A stretch of 64,000 nucleotides of DNA from Myxococcota bacterium (lineage in GTDB: Bacteria; Myxococcota_A; UBA9160; UBA4427), in contig JAPYTP010000008.1 in the NCBI GenBank assembly GCA_029941885.1, positions 297-64,296 on the forward strand, written 5' to 3'. The position numbers and the translations under genes were made by a program. Below the pieces are notes generated by a model that was given only the letters and a program-made list of their open reading frames with translations, had not been told where the DNA came from and did no database searches. Below, piece by piece: positions 9,642 through 18,701 of the stretch. The first letter of the stretch is position 1. Each line of letters starts with the position of its first letter.

Positions 9642-10337
9642 CTAGCGAAGCTCGGCTTCGAAGAATGTGTGTACGTCTCGCCAGACTTCGGCCGCGGTCT
9701 CCGCGTCGAAGACCTCGGGCCGTGCGTCGTTCAAGAAGGCGTGCTGAACCCCCACGTAGGTGAGTAATTTCGCTTCCAGTGAAGCTTTCTCGAGAGCCTC
9801 GCTCAGGATCTGAACATCGGCCGAGGAGATGAACTCGTCATTTTCCGCGAAGATGCCCAGGATCTTCGCCTGACAAGCGGCGAGATCGAGTGCGACCTTC
9901 GGATGCACCCCATAGCAGTCGACGACCGCAGCAATCTCCGGGCACAGGCAGGCGGCGTGAAGGGCGAGCTTGCCACCCATGCAAAATCCGATGCAACCGA
10001 CTTTCGATCCATCCGTCGCGGGCTGGCGCCGAAGCACATCGACAGCACACACGAGGTCTCGCCCGGCGCGAGGGATTTCGAGCTCCATCATCAAGCGGCC
10101 CGCCTCGCCGGGGTCCATCGTCGAATCGCCACGGTAGAGATCCGGCGCGAGCGCCACGAATCCTTCGCGAGCGAGGCGATCGCACACGTCCCGAATCTGG
10201 GGAACGAGCCCCCACCACTCCTGGAGAACCACCAGTCCGGGCCCGCTTCCCGAAGCGGGCGTCGCCAGATAGGCGAGGAACGAACCGTCTTCGCTCTCGA
10301 TTTCGATGTCCACTCCGGAGCGGCCCGTCTCGCTCAT
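9642..10337 (-). CDS. dienelactone hydrolase family protein
   Basis: QEWWG, APDLY, GFCMGG nucleophile elbow, HAFLND. Confidence 0.93.
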   Translation of the reverse strand: MSETGRSGVDIEIESEDGSFLAYLATPASGSGPGLVVLQEWWGLVPQIRDVCDRLAREGFVALAPDLYRGDSTMDPGEAGRLMMELEIPRAGRDLVCAVDVLRRQPATDGSKVGCIGFCMGGKLALHAACLCPEIAAVVDCYGVHPKVALDLAACQAKILGIFAENDEFISSADVQILSEALEKASLEAKLLTYVGVQHAFLNDARPEVFDAETAAEVWRDVHTFFEAELR

Positions 10338-10532
10338 GGGCTCCCTTTCCCGCGCCATCGGCATTCGACGAACCTTCCCCCGTGGTGGTCTCGCCTACCC
10401 AGGCGGCGACCGAATCGTTCGAGGCTCGACACACGACCGCGTGACCACCCGAATGGGCCGCCACGCGGTAGGGCGAGACAATACAGCGATTTCGTCGATT
10501 CGATCAGCCCGGGGCCGAGCGAGTCGCAACGA

Positions 10533-11375
10533 TCACGGGTTGTTGGGCATCCTCTGCGGCCTCTGTCCCGGGACGAGGATCGGAGGATTCGGCATCGGGT
10601 TCGGCCCGACTCCCATCACATTGCGGCATCCGGCGCCGGGAGAATCACAGGCCTGACGAATTCCGTCGAGTTGGGTCCCGAAAGGTTGCGCAGCAGCAGC
10701 GAGAGCCATCGGGGATCCACCGACCGCCGCGACGGGCGGGGCGAATCGAGCCACGACGGGGCCCGCCGTCGACTCATCCGGCCCGCCAAAGGCTTTATCA
10801 AAGGCACCGGTTGCGGCAGCCGCCAGCAAGACCGGGGCGGGAATGCTCGCCGCCACCATCGTCACCGGCCCACCCGCTGAGACGGGAGGCAGGAACGCAG
10901 CCGCCACCGGCGCTGAAGCGACCGGCGTCGAGGCCGCTGCTTCAGCCCCGGCACCACCCGCGCCGCCACCGCCGGTCGTGCCGGCAGCGACTGCGCCTCC
11001 GGCAACACCCGCACCACCCAGACCGGCGACGACTACGCCGCCCCCGCCCACTCCGGTTGCCGCACCCGCGGTTCCGACCGAAGCACCCGAGAGGGCTCCG
11101 CCACCTACGACGACATCGTCCGCCGGCTCGGCGACGGCCGCCGCAGCGACCTCAGGCTGTCCGAGCTGGGCGCCCGCGGCTGCACCCACGACGGCTGAGC
11201 CCAGAGGGCCGGCCGAAGAGGCCTTGGGTCCGGCGGTCACTGCGGGAAGTGGGGCACCACTCCCGTTGGCTCCACCGAGCCAGCCGTCCAGGGCCCCAAA
11301 TGTGAACAACAAGGCAATTGCGATCAGGGCGCTGCCAATCATCAAGCTATTTCGAGAGGTCGGGCTCATATCCAT
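10533..11375 (-). CDS. Gly/Ala/Pro-rich low-complexity exported or membrane-anchored protein
   Basis: N-terminal hydrophobic helix, GGAG RBS, co-directional with upstream barrel gene; C-terminal Cys pair (CDSPGAGC). Confidence 0.6.
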   Translation of the reverse strand: MDMSPTSRNSLMIGSALIAIALLFTFGALDGWLGGANGSGAPLPAVTAGPKASSAGPLGSAVVGAAAGAQLGQPEVAAAAVAEPADDVVVGGGALSGASVGTAGAATGVGGGGVVVAGLGGAGVAGGAVAAGTTGGGGAGGAGAEAAASTPVASAPVAAAFLPPVSAGGPVTMVAASIPAPVLLAAAATGAFDKAFGGPDESTAGPVVARFAPPVAAVGGSPMALAAAAQPFGTQLDGIRQACDSPGAGCRNVMGVGPNPMPNPPILVPGQRPQRMPNNP

Positions 11376-11421
11376 TCTCCATCAATCATCGACATGATCG
11401 TCCCGCGACGACCGGCCACCC

Positions 11422-13107
11422 TCAGTCGAATCGGAAATTCAGGTAACCGCCCACGATGTGGCGGTCGTAATTGTAGGCGTCGCGATTCGAATCGTTGTTG
11501 AGATACGAATAGCGAGCGCTTACCGAGATGTTTTCAGTCAGATCCTTCTCGACTTCCCCTTCGATGATCACTTCGTGCTCGCTCCGATCGCTATTCGAGA
11601 GCGTGTATTCGACGTTGACCGTTTCGACATCGGGGAACGTCGAGGGATTCAAAAAGTCGCGGTGCTCATAGCTGAAGCGGGTCGCGACACTGATGTCCAG
11701 AGGAAGCTCGATCTCGATACCGGCGCTCAGGAGATGGCTGAAATGCTCCCATTCTTCGCCTTCGGAATCGTAGAAACGGAAGCGATAGCCGCCACCGATC
11801 TCGATCTGCTCGAGGATCTCGTCGATCAGATCGGGTACCGGAACGAGGAATCGATGGGCGATTGCGCCACTGAGGCCGTAGCCATCGCGCTCCCGCTCCC
11901 GGTTCTCGTTGACGCCGACGGGACTACAAGCCACGCCCACTGCCGGACTACAAGCAGGCGCGGGCGGACCGCCACCCGGACCGTCGGCCACCAGGTCGGG
12001 CTCGAATCGCAGATCGTTCACCAGCGCGTCCAGGATGACGACGGTCGTACCCGCCTCTTGCCAGGTGTGCGCCAGCGAGAGTTCGGTCGTGTGCGTCTGG
12101 AGGTAGGGATCCTCGTCGACCCAGGCGTGGCCGAACTGGTACCGAATCTGCCCGATCGTGTCGGGACCGAATCGATTCGCCAGATAGCCACCGATCGTCG
12201 GGTAATGCGTGTCGAGATCGCCGAGTTCGTAGTGACCGTTCCCCGCGTAGCTGGCGGTAACACCGCCGCTCCAGTCACCGTCACTGAAGAGCTGAACCCC
12301 GCCTTCGATTTCCCAGACCCCTCGCCAATCGTTCTCGCCGGCGTTCGTGAGCGGGTTGCCGTCCACGATCTGCGTCACGTCGCCGCGCAGCAGGACGTTG
12401 TCGTCGTACTCGATGCCCACGCTCCCGCGCACGAAGTAGGGGAAGAGTTCGGTCGATTCGAGGAGCTTCCTGGCTTCCTTGCCCCAGGCCCCGTCGCCGT
12501 CGATGTCGATGACGCGCTGAAAGGCGGCGCGCGCCTTCGTGCGCTCGGCAGCGCCCTGCCACGCGAGGCCGGCGTAATAGGACGCAACGGGTTCGGTCAG
12601 TCGCGGAGAGAGACGGGCCGCCGACTCCAGCGACGGCGCGGCGCGATCATTATCCCCCTCTCGCAGCGCGATCAGGCCGCGGTAGAGCGCGAGTTGCGCG
12701 GCTTCGCGAGTCAGCCCGCTCGCCGTGTCGAGGGCAGCGGCGGCCTCGGAATAGCGTTCGAGGTGATAGAGCGCGACGCCTCGGTAGAGTTCCACGTCGC
12801 CCACCTGCCCGGAGGTCAGATCTCGGCCGCCACGGGCGAGATCGAGATCGCCGAGGGCCTCGGGATAGAGCCCGGCGCGGATGCGGCACTGACCCGCCAG
12901 CAAGCGAGCGCGACTCTCGAGTCCGTCGATCGAGGCGAGTCGCCGATACGCCTGCTCACATCGCCCGGTTTCGACGTCCCGTTTGGCCGCCGCGACCGCT
13001 TCTTCGACCGGACCCGCCGTCGCGAGGCCGGGAAACGTCGTGAGTCCGACTCCCAGAATCAGGACTCCACCGATGATTGCCGAATGCTTACGCAATATTT
13101 CCCCCAT
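11422..13107 (-). CDS. TPR + outer-membrane beta-barrel protein (Slam/DUF560- or BBP2-like architecture)
   Basis: Signal peptide, about 5 TPRs (LYRGVALY, YYAGLAW), amphipathic strands from GIEYDDNV, C-terminal DSN..YNYDRH..LNFRFD. Confidence 0.82.
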   Translation of the reverse strand: MGEILRKHSAIIGGVLILGVGLTTFPGLATAGPVEEAVAAAKRDVETGRCEQAYRRLASIDGLESRARLLAGQCRIRAGLYPEALGDLDLARGGRDLTSGQVGDVELYRGVALYHLERYSEAAAALDTASGLTREAAQLALYRGLIALREGDNDRAAPSLESAARLSPRLTEPVASYYAGLAWQGAAERTKARAAFQRVIDIDGDGAWGKEARKLLESTELFPYFVRGSVGIEYDDNVLLRGDVTQIVDGNPLTNAGENDWRGVWEIEGGVQLFSDGDWSGGVTASYAGNGHYELGDLDTHYPTIGGYLANRFGPDTIGQIRYQFGHAWVDEDPYLQTHTTELSLAHTWQEAGTTVVILDALVNDLRFEPDLVADGPGGGPPAPACSPAVGVACSPVGVNENRERERDGYGLSGAIAHRFLVPVPDLIDEILEQIEIGGGYRFRFYDSEGEEWEHFSHLLSAGIEIELPLDISVATRFSYEHRDFLNPSTFPDVETVNVEYTLSNSDRSEHEVIIEGEVEKDLTENISVSARYSYLNNDSNRDAYNYDRHIVGGYLNFRFD

Positions 13108-13260
13108 TCCACTCCCTGACCCGTCCACTGGAAGGCTCGTTCGAACCGTTCCAAGAAGCTGACCGCGTGATCTGCGACCGCGTTCCGAGTGACCTCCCAG
13201 CGAGGGAGATGACACGCGGTGCCCAGAAGACACGTCGGCCACGGTCAGAACCCGGCGCCG

Positions 13261-14085
13261 TCAGTCGCTCTCCCGACCGAATCGCCGTTCCCCCGTTGCG
13301 AGCAACGCGAGGCCGAGTCCCATCAGCATAGCCGTACTCGGCTCTGGAATGACGGAACGTCCGAGCGCATTTACGTGCAGCGTCGGATAATGGCGACCCT
13401 CGGGCGCGCTCAACACGTCGAAACGGAACGAGAAGGTCTGGCCGAGCACCACCTCCCAACCGACATAGTGTAGGTCCGGAAAACCCATCGACTGATCGGT
13501 CACGTCCACGATATGGACGAGAGGCGCAAAGCCGAAACCGTCGATGCCTGAAACGTCGGGCAGATCGGAAAGCGTCGGGTTCAGCTCGACCGTAACTTCG
13601 TTCGTCGAATAGAACGACGTGGTCTCGGACCGGCAGGGACCATCGGCGGCACTGGCCATCGTGCAGAGGCTGTTCAGGAAGAGCGTAAAGGGCCCGCTGA
13701 TCACCGAAGGATCGACGGCACTCACGGTGACGGTCACCAGCCCGGAATAGGCGCCCGTGATCCCCGTTGTGTTCGACTGACAAGGTGTCGACCCACCGGG
13801 ACCCTCGACGAAAATGCAGATATCCATGTTGCCCAGAGTGACGTTCAGAGAGCCCATCCCGAGGTCCTGGCCCGCAGTGAGAAAATCGTCGTTGCCGAAA
13901 TCCGCCTCTCCGGAGGGAAGGGCCCCGAGACCCTCTTCCTGGAATCCGAAGAACGAGTCGAAATTCGCGGGGGTCGCGGCTGCCTGCGCCGCCGCCAGGA
14001 AAATCGTCGCCAACAGGAAGGCCGCGCCCACGAGCGCACCCCGGAGCGTGCCTTGGCCCCATCCCATCGAGTTCATCCGTCGCAT
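13261..14085 (-). CDS. PEP-CTERM sorting-domain surface protein
   Basis: IPEPSTAMLMGLGLALLATGERR C-terminus; signal peptide ending AQA; GGAGG RBS before ATG 14085. Confidence 0.9.
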   Translation of the reverse strand: MRRMNSMGWGQGTLRGALVGAAFLLATIFLAAAQAAATPANFDSFFGFQEEGLGALPSGEADFGNDDFLTAGQDLGMGSLNVTLGNMDICIFVEGPGGSTPCQSNTTGITGAYSGLVTVTVSAVDPSVISGPFTLFLNSLCTMASAADGPCRSETTSFYSTNEVTVELNPTLSDLPDVSGIDGFGFAPLVHIVDVTDQSMGFPDLHYVGWEVVLGQTFSFRFDVLSAPEGRHYPTLHVNALGRSVIPEPSTAMLMGLGLALLATGERRFGRESD

Positions 14086-14374
14086 CAAATCCACCTCCCG
14101 AACCGCTTCCGGGACGCGCCACTTGTCGCCTCCCGCAAACGGATCTCCGCTCCAAATGAGCAGGGACAGCGGGAAAGACGCAAGCGCTCCCGAGGTTGCA
14201 GAGAAGTGGTGACGTGAGGTGGTTTGTGTCAGGCACGATTAAAAAAAATGTGGCTTATTAGCTACAAATTTCAGCGCAGGAAGCGGGAATCTTTGCCGCA
14301 AGAGGCGAAAAATCGTTAAAATTGTACCGTTTGATCGAGATTCCGCACGGGGTCAACCCCCGTCTGGGCATCGG

Positions 14375-16189
14375 TCAGCGAAGAGTGAGCATCCAGCCCT
14401 CGAAGGGATCCCCCTCCGGGAAGCCACTCAGACCGGGATGGTCGAGTCCCGCCTGGGCAGGCTCGAGGCTCGAGAGTGCGCGCTGCGACACGCGAAGCGC
14501 TCGCTCGAGCACCCGCTCGAGCCCGAGCGGGGGCCCGGCCCGGTTCTGCGTGACGAGCAGGATGCCGCCCGGTTCCAGGCGATCGATCGCCAGATGCAGC
14601 AACGGTTCGAGGTCCTGTTTGACGGACCAGAACCGACGCCCAGCGGCGGCGGCCGTCGGCGGATCGATCACGATCCCGCGGAAGGTCTGCTCCGTGCCGA
14701 GCCCCTCGAGATATCGACGAACGTCTCCGCGAAGGGTCTCGTGCCGCGCCGCCTCGACACCCCGATCGACGTTCGCCAACAGGTTTTCTTCGAGCCGTTC
14801 GAGGTAGCGTGGGGACAGATCGACCGACACGACCTGCTCGGCCCCCGCCGCGAGCAGCGCGACGCTGAACGCGCCGGTATGGGCGAACAGATTCAGCCAA
14901 CGCCCACCGCCCGCGGCGTGCAACGCGAGACGCTCTCGGTTCTCTCGTTGATCGACGAAGAGGCCGTAGCCCGGTCTCGGTTCGCACGGCGCATCCCAGC
15001 CCGGATCGACCGCGAAGCGCAACCCTCGCTCCTCCACGAAAAAGCGATCCCCCCTCGTCTCGAAACCGGCCGCCTCGAGTCTCTCGATCCCGCCTTCGAC
15101 CCAGCGGACGCAATCGATCTTGGCGAGGCCCGACCGACGCAGGTGCAGCAGTTCGAGCACACTCCAGGGATCGCCCTCCGGCGTCGTCGGGAGCTGCACG
15201 CGAAGGGCATCGAGCGTGCGCTCGCGAAATCCATCGCTCGCCCGACCGGCGACCAGCACACGCAGGAGAGGCCCCAATCGATCGACGGAGAGTCCGGGCA
15301 GTCCGTCCCCCTCGCCGTGAATCAGGCGAAACGCGTTCGTTCCGCCCGTCGCCCCGTCGACCAGCAGCCCCCGGCGACGCGCGATCGCCCGTGCAACCCT
15401 CGACTCGACGGAGGGAATCTCCCGGCGATCCAGATCGCCGGTTGCCCAGAGTCGCGCAGCCAGTCCCGGGGCTGCCTCGATATGCGCCCAACCGAGCGGG
15501 GCGGCGCCGCGTTCGACCAGCCGCACCAGAGCCCCGGGCCGATGGCGCGTCGCCGGATCGCTCGCATCGTCCGGGAGAATCCAGGGATGGCCCCCCGCGA
15601 GCGCCCTGCCCGTTTCGCGGGAGACGATCAGTTCTCCCAGCCCCTCCGCGTCCGACGCCCAGACCTCTTCGTTCGGCCAATCGAGATCGCTCCCGGTCCC
15701 CTGATCCTCGACGGGCGCGAGCCTCGGTCCTCCAGCCACCCCGAGCCCACCGTGCGTGAGGTCACCGACGACGGACATCGAGGCGCGGGCCAACCCCTCA
15801 CAGAGATCGGCCGCACCACTCGGCTCGCCACAGAGAACCAGGCGCGCAAGAGCACCGCGTATTTCGGCGCACGTGAATTCGAGTTCGTGCCCGCCGCCGA
15901 TCTCGAGTGCCCCGGAACGCCAGGGCGGGAGGTCTACGATCGCCTGCCAGCGTCGATGCACGCCGAGCACGGGGTCGTCGCCCAGGAGATCCGATGCATC
16001 CTCGATTTCGACCATCGCCCCGGCCGGACAATCGCGGGTCGATCGGTCCACGATCCGGCCATCCAGGCGAACGCATCCATCCTCGATCAGACGTCGCCGA
16101 TTGCGACGGTCGAGCGAGGGCAGCAGCGATGCGAGCCAGGCACCCAGGGGTTGGACACGCCCGGGGAGACGGAAGCGCAGGGTCGTCAC
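14375..16189 (-). CDS. RlmI/RlmK-like SAM-dependent rRNA methyltransferase with N-terminal S4/RluA-like remnant
   Basis: GHPWI (PUA), RLIHGEGDGLPGLSVD, GLFVDQRENR, LNLFAHTGAFSV, IDPPT. Confidence 0.87.
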   Translation of the reverse strand: MTTLRFRLPGRVQPLGAWLASLLPSLDRRNRRRLIEDGCVRLDGRIVDRSTRDCPAGAMVEIEDASDLLGDDPVLGVHRRWQAIVDLPPWRSGALEIGGGHELEFTCAEIRGALARLVLCGEPSGAADLCEGLARASMSVVGDLTHGGLGVAGGPRLAPVEDQGTGSDLDWPNEEVWASDAEGLGELIVSRETGRALAGGHPWILPDDASDPATRHRPGALVRLVERGAAPLGWAHIEAAPGLAARLWATGDLDRREIPSVESRVARAIARRRGLLVDGATGGTNAFRLIHGEGDGLPGLSVDRLGPLLRVLVAGRASDGFRERTLDALRVQLPTTPEGDPWSVLELLHLRRSGLAKIDCVRWVEGGIERLEAAGFETRGDRFFVEERGLRFAVDPGWDAPCEPRPGYGLFVDQRENRERLALHAAGGGRWLNLFAHTGAFSVALLAAGAEQVVSVDLSPRYLERLEENLLANVDRGVEAARHETLRGDVRRYLEGLGTEQTFRGIVIDPPTAAAAGRRFWSVKQDLEPLLHLAIDRLEPGGILLVTQNRAGPPLGLERVLERALRVSQRALSSLEPAQAGLDHPGLSGFPEGDPFEGWMLTLR

Positions 16190-16255
16190 GCCCGCATCAT
16201 AGGATAGGCGGACGACTCGGAGAGGATGTGGATCGTGCCGCTTGCGCGGTGGGAA

Positions 16256-16741
16256 TCAGCCGCAGAGACCCGTGATCCGACAGAAGATCGGCGTCATGAC
16301 GCCCGTGCCGAGTCGGCGCGAGCGCCGGATCGCCGACAGCAACTTGGCGGCCATGTCGGCGTGTTCGACGCAATCGCGCAATCGCTGGCGGTTCTCGTCG
16401 CCGGCCTCCACGACCGCTTCGGTGCCGGTCAGAACGACCACGGGAAGGCGGTGGGCGAGGTCGCTCGCCAACTCGAGCGCGGCACTGCGCTCGACGTTCG
16501 GCAGCATCGGATCCATCAACAGGAGGTCGAAGCTGTCACCGCGGATCTGCGCGGTCGCGTTGGCGAGACTCGTCTCACAGACGACATCGAAGGAAGCACG
16601 GCTCGCATTCCCGAGGCTCTGTCGGATCTCCTCGGCGAGCATGGAGCGGTCCTCGACCAGGAGGATCCTCACGTTCCGTTCGTCAGATCTTGCATCGTCA
16701 CCGTGAGGTCGATGACCCGCAAACTCAGCCCCAGTACTCAT
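16256..16741 (-). CDS. stand-alone (atypical) response-regulator receiver
   Basis: ILLVED, FDLLLMDPMLP, PVVVLTG; conserved Lys not evident. Confidence 0.7.
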   Translation of the reverse strand: MSTGAEFAGHRPHGDDARSDERNVRILLVEDRSMLAEEIRQSLGNASRASFDVVCETSLANATAQIRGDSFDLLLMDPMLPNVERSAALELASDLAHRLPVVVLTGTEAVVEAGDENRQRLRDCVEHADMAAKLLSAIRRSRRLGTGVMTPIFCRITGLCG

Positions 16742-16922
16742 CGCCTGCCCCCAACCCATCCAGCCACAACGGACCCGTCTCGCCACGAGAACTCCGAGGG
16801 AACCCCCGTCGCGCCGGATACTCCTGAAGAGTCGGAGGTTTTTGCCCAGACCTTGAGGGCTGTACGCAAGGAACGTGAATTGGCTTCCGGAATGAACGCG
16901 GGGGCGTGCTTGCTTCGCGTGC

Positions 16923-17252
16923 CTATCGTGCGAAGACGTCCTTCATCGCGCGTAGCGTGCGATCGTATTGCGCGTTGCGGAGTCGACCGCTGACTGCTTC
17001 TGAAGCGGCCGGCACTCGGTCGACCACGAAATTCCTGCGCGACACTTCACGCGGCTCGTTTCGCGTCTCGCAGCCAACGCCGCCTGCCTCGCCACTCCAG
17101 CACTGGGCAAACTCTCGCTCGAGCGCCGTGGGAAGCCCGGGCGGGGCGGGCTCATGCGCCACCGCGTGCGCAGCGAAAAAGCAGATCCCGATCCCGGCAC
17201 ACCCACCGAGGAATGCCGAAAATCGATTCCACGACGACATCCCACTCTGCAT
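16923..17252 (-). CDS. small secreted hypothetical protein
   Basis: AAGGAG RBS, signal-like N-terminus ending AVA-HE; fills the gap between two genes. Confidence 0.45.
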   Translation of the reverse strand: MQSGMSSWNRFSAFLGGCAGIGICFFAAHAVAHEPAPPGLPTALEREFAQCWSGEAGGVGCETRNEPREVSRRNFVVDRVPAASEAVSGRLRNAQYDRTLRAMKDVFAR

Positions 17253-17316
17253 CGATCACTCCTTCGCCTGCGAATGCGGCCGGCACCTTCTCCACGGTCT
17301 ACACTGTCCGTCCCAC

Positions 17317-18585
17317 ATGAGTCAACCAAACATCCTCGATGCCCCTCGTGAGCTTCCGAAGCCCGTGCTCGAACTCTCGGCCCGACTCGAGGAGCGCGGC
17401 ATCCGATCCTTCAGCCATGGGGAGGGTTTGCTAGACGACTTGCGCGCAGACCGCGGTTCGGGGATGCATGGAGCGATCGAAACGGATCGCGGCGCCGCGC
17501 GCTCACTGTTGTGTGAGGCGAGTTCCGCGAAGATCCTTCGGGCGCTGCCCCGCGCCGTCGTGACCGGAGAAGGCGCCAGCCGAATTACCCAAGCCACGAC
17601 GGCGGGCCCGGTCGATCTCGTGGCCACCGGGGGCGACGATACCGAGCAGACGCTGCTCGCCTTCGGCCTCGGCCCGCTCTGTTTCGGTTTCCGCCCCGCC
17701 GACGGCTCGTGGTGCGATCCGGCGGACCAGCGAAGCGCCTATGGCGAGGGCCGGCTCGAGCTCGCGACGACGGATCCGAATCCCTTCGTCGTCGCACCCC
17801 GACGGTATTGGATTGCGGCGCGGCTGATCGCCGAACGGGGACTCGAGGTGTCTCCCGATCTGCTCGCGGCCGCGATCGACGGATTCCCGGAGATCGAGGA
17901 GCGCCTGCCCCAGGCCGCGCCCGCCCGACGGGAACTTTCACGCATCCTCGCCGCGCGCCGGCCGGGACCGGCCTTCGCCCTGCTCCGGGCCTCGGGCGTG
18001 GCCGCCGCGTTGTTTCCCGGCACGAGAGAGGTGAACGAGGCACGGATCGGCGACCTGCCCGCGCTGCCCGCACTGCGTTGGGCGGCATGGCTTCGGGGCA
18101 GCGCGACCGCGAGGGCGCTCGTTCGATTCCGCGTGCCCCACGCACTCGCCCGTCGGATCGAACGCCTCCAGAGAAGCCATCCGATCGAGCGCTGCGTCGG
18201 AGAGGGACGCGATCTCGGTGTCCGCAGGCTGCTGCAGCGCCACGATGGGGAAGAGATCGATGCGCTCTTCGCCTGGCGGCGTCTCGAACTGGCAGCCGCC
18301 GCAGACCCGAAAGAAACCATCGAGGGAGAGGCGCGCCTCGCCGCGATCGAGTTGCGCATCCAGGAAGCGAAGGCCACCGAGGAACGTACGGGGCAGGTAC
18401 GCACCCTCCCCGTCGACGGTCGGGCCGTCATGGCGATTCTCGGCACGGGCCCCGGGCGCCACGTCGGACAGGCACTCGCTCATCTCGCTCGATTCGTCTC
18501 CGAGAATCCCGACGCCAACGAGCGCGCCGTCCTCGAGAAGGAACTCCGGCGTTGGGCGACCAAGAATACGAACCTCCTCGACTGA
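17317..18585 (+). CDS. CCA-adding/poly(A) polymerase-like protein with degenerate catalytic motifs
   Basis: Family layout (LP..V..L..RL, DP..F, RELSRIL) and C-terminal LPVDGRAVMAILGTGPGRHVGQAL; DxD and RRD absent. Confidence 0.75.
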   Translation: MSQPNILDAPRELPKPVLELSARLEERGIRSFSHGEGLLDDLRADRGSGMHGAIETDRGAARSLLCEASSAKILRALPRAVVTGEGASRITQATTAGPVDLVATGGDDTEQTLLAFGLGPLCFGFRPADGSWCDPADQRSAYGEGRLELATTDPNPFVVAPRRYWIAARLIAERGLEVSPDLLAAAIDGFPEIEERLPQAAPARRELSRILAARRPGPAFALLRASGVAAALFPGTREVNEARIGDLPALPALRWAAWLRGSATARALVRFRVPHALARRIERLQRSHPIERCVGEGRDLGVRRLLQRHDGEEIDALFAWRRLELAAAADPKETIEGEARLAAIELRIQEAKATEERTGQVRTLPVDGRAVMAILGTGPGRHVGQALAHLARFVSENPDANERAVLEKELRRWATKNTNLLD

Positions 18586-18701
18586 CCCCGACAGTCGATC
18601 GCTCCCCCACCCGCGTATTCGCGAGCCCGCAAGTAGGTGAGATCGGTTAGGATCTCAGGCCCCCCTTCGATCGCGCGGAACGGTTTGGCCCCTTGGATGA
18701 G

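Noticed and set aside
16899-16915. GG-N10-GC sigma-54-like site on the plus strand
   Set aside because: Poor -24 match and no suitably placed downstream start
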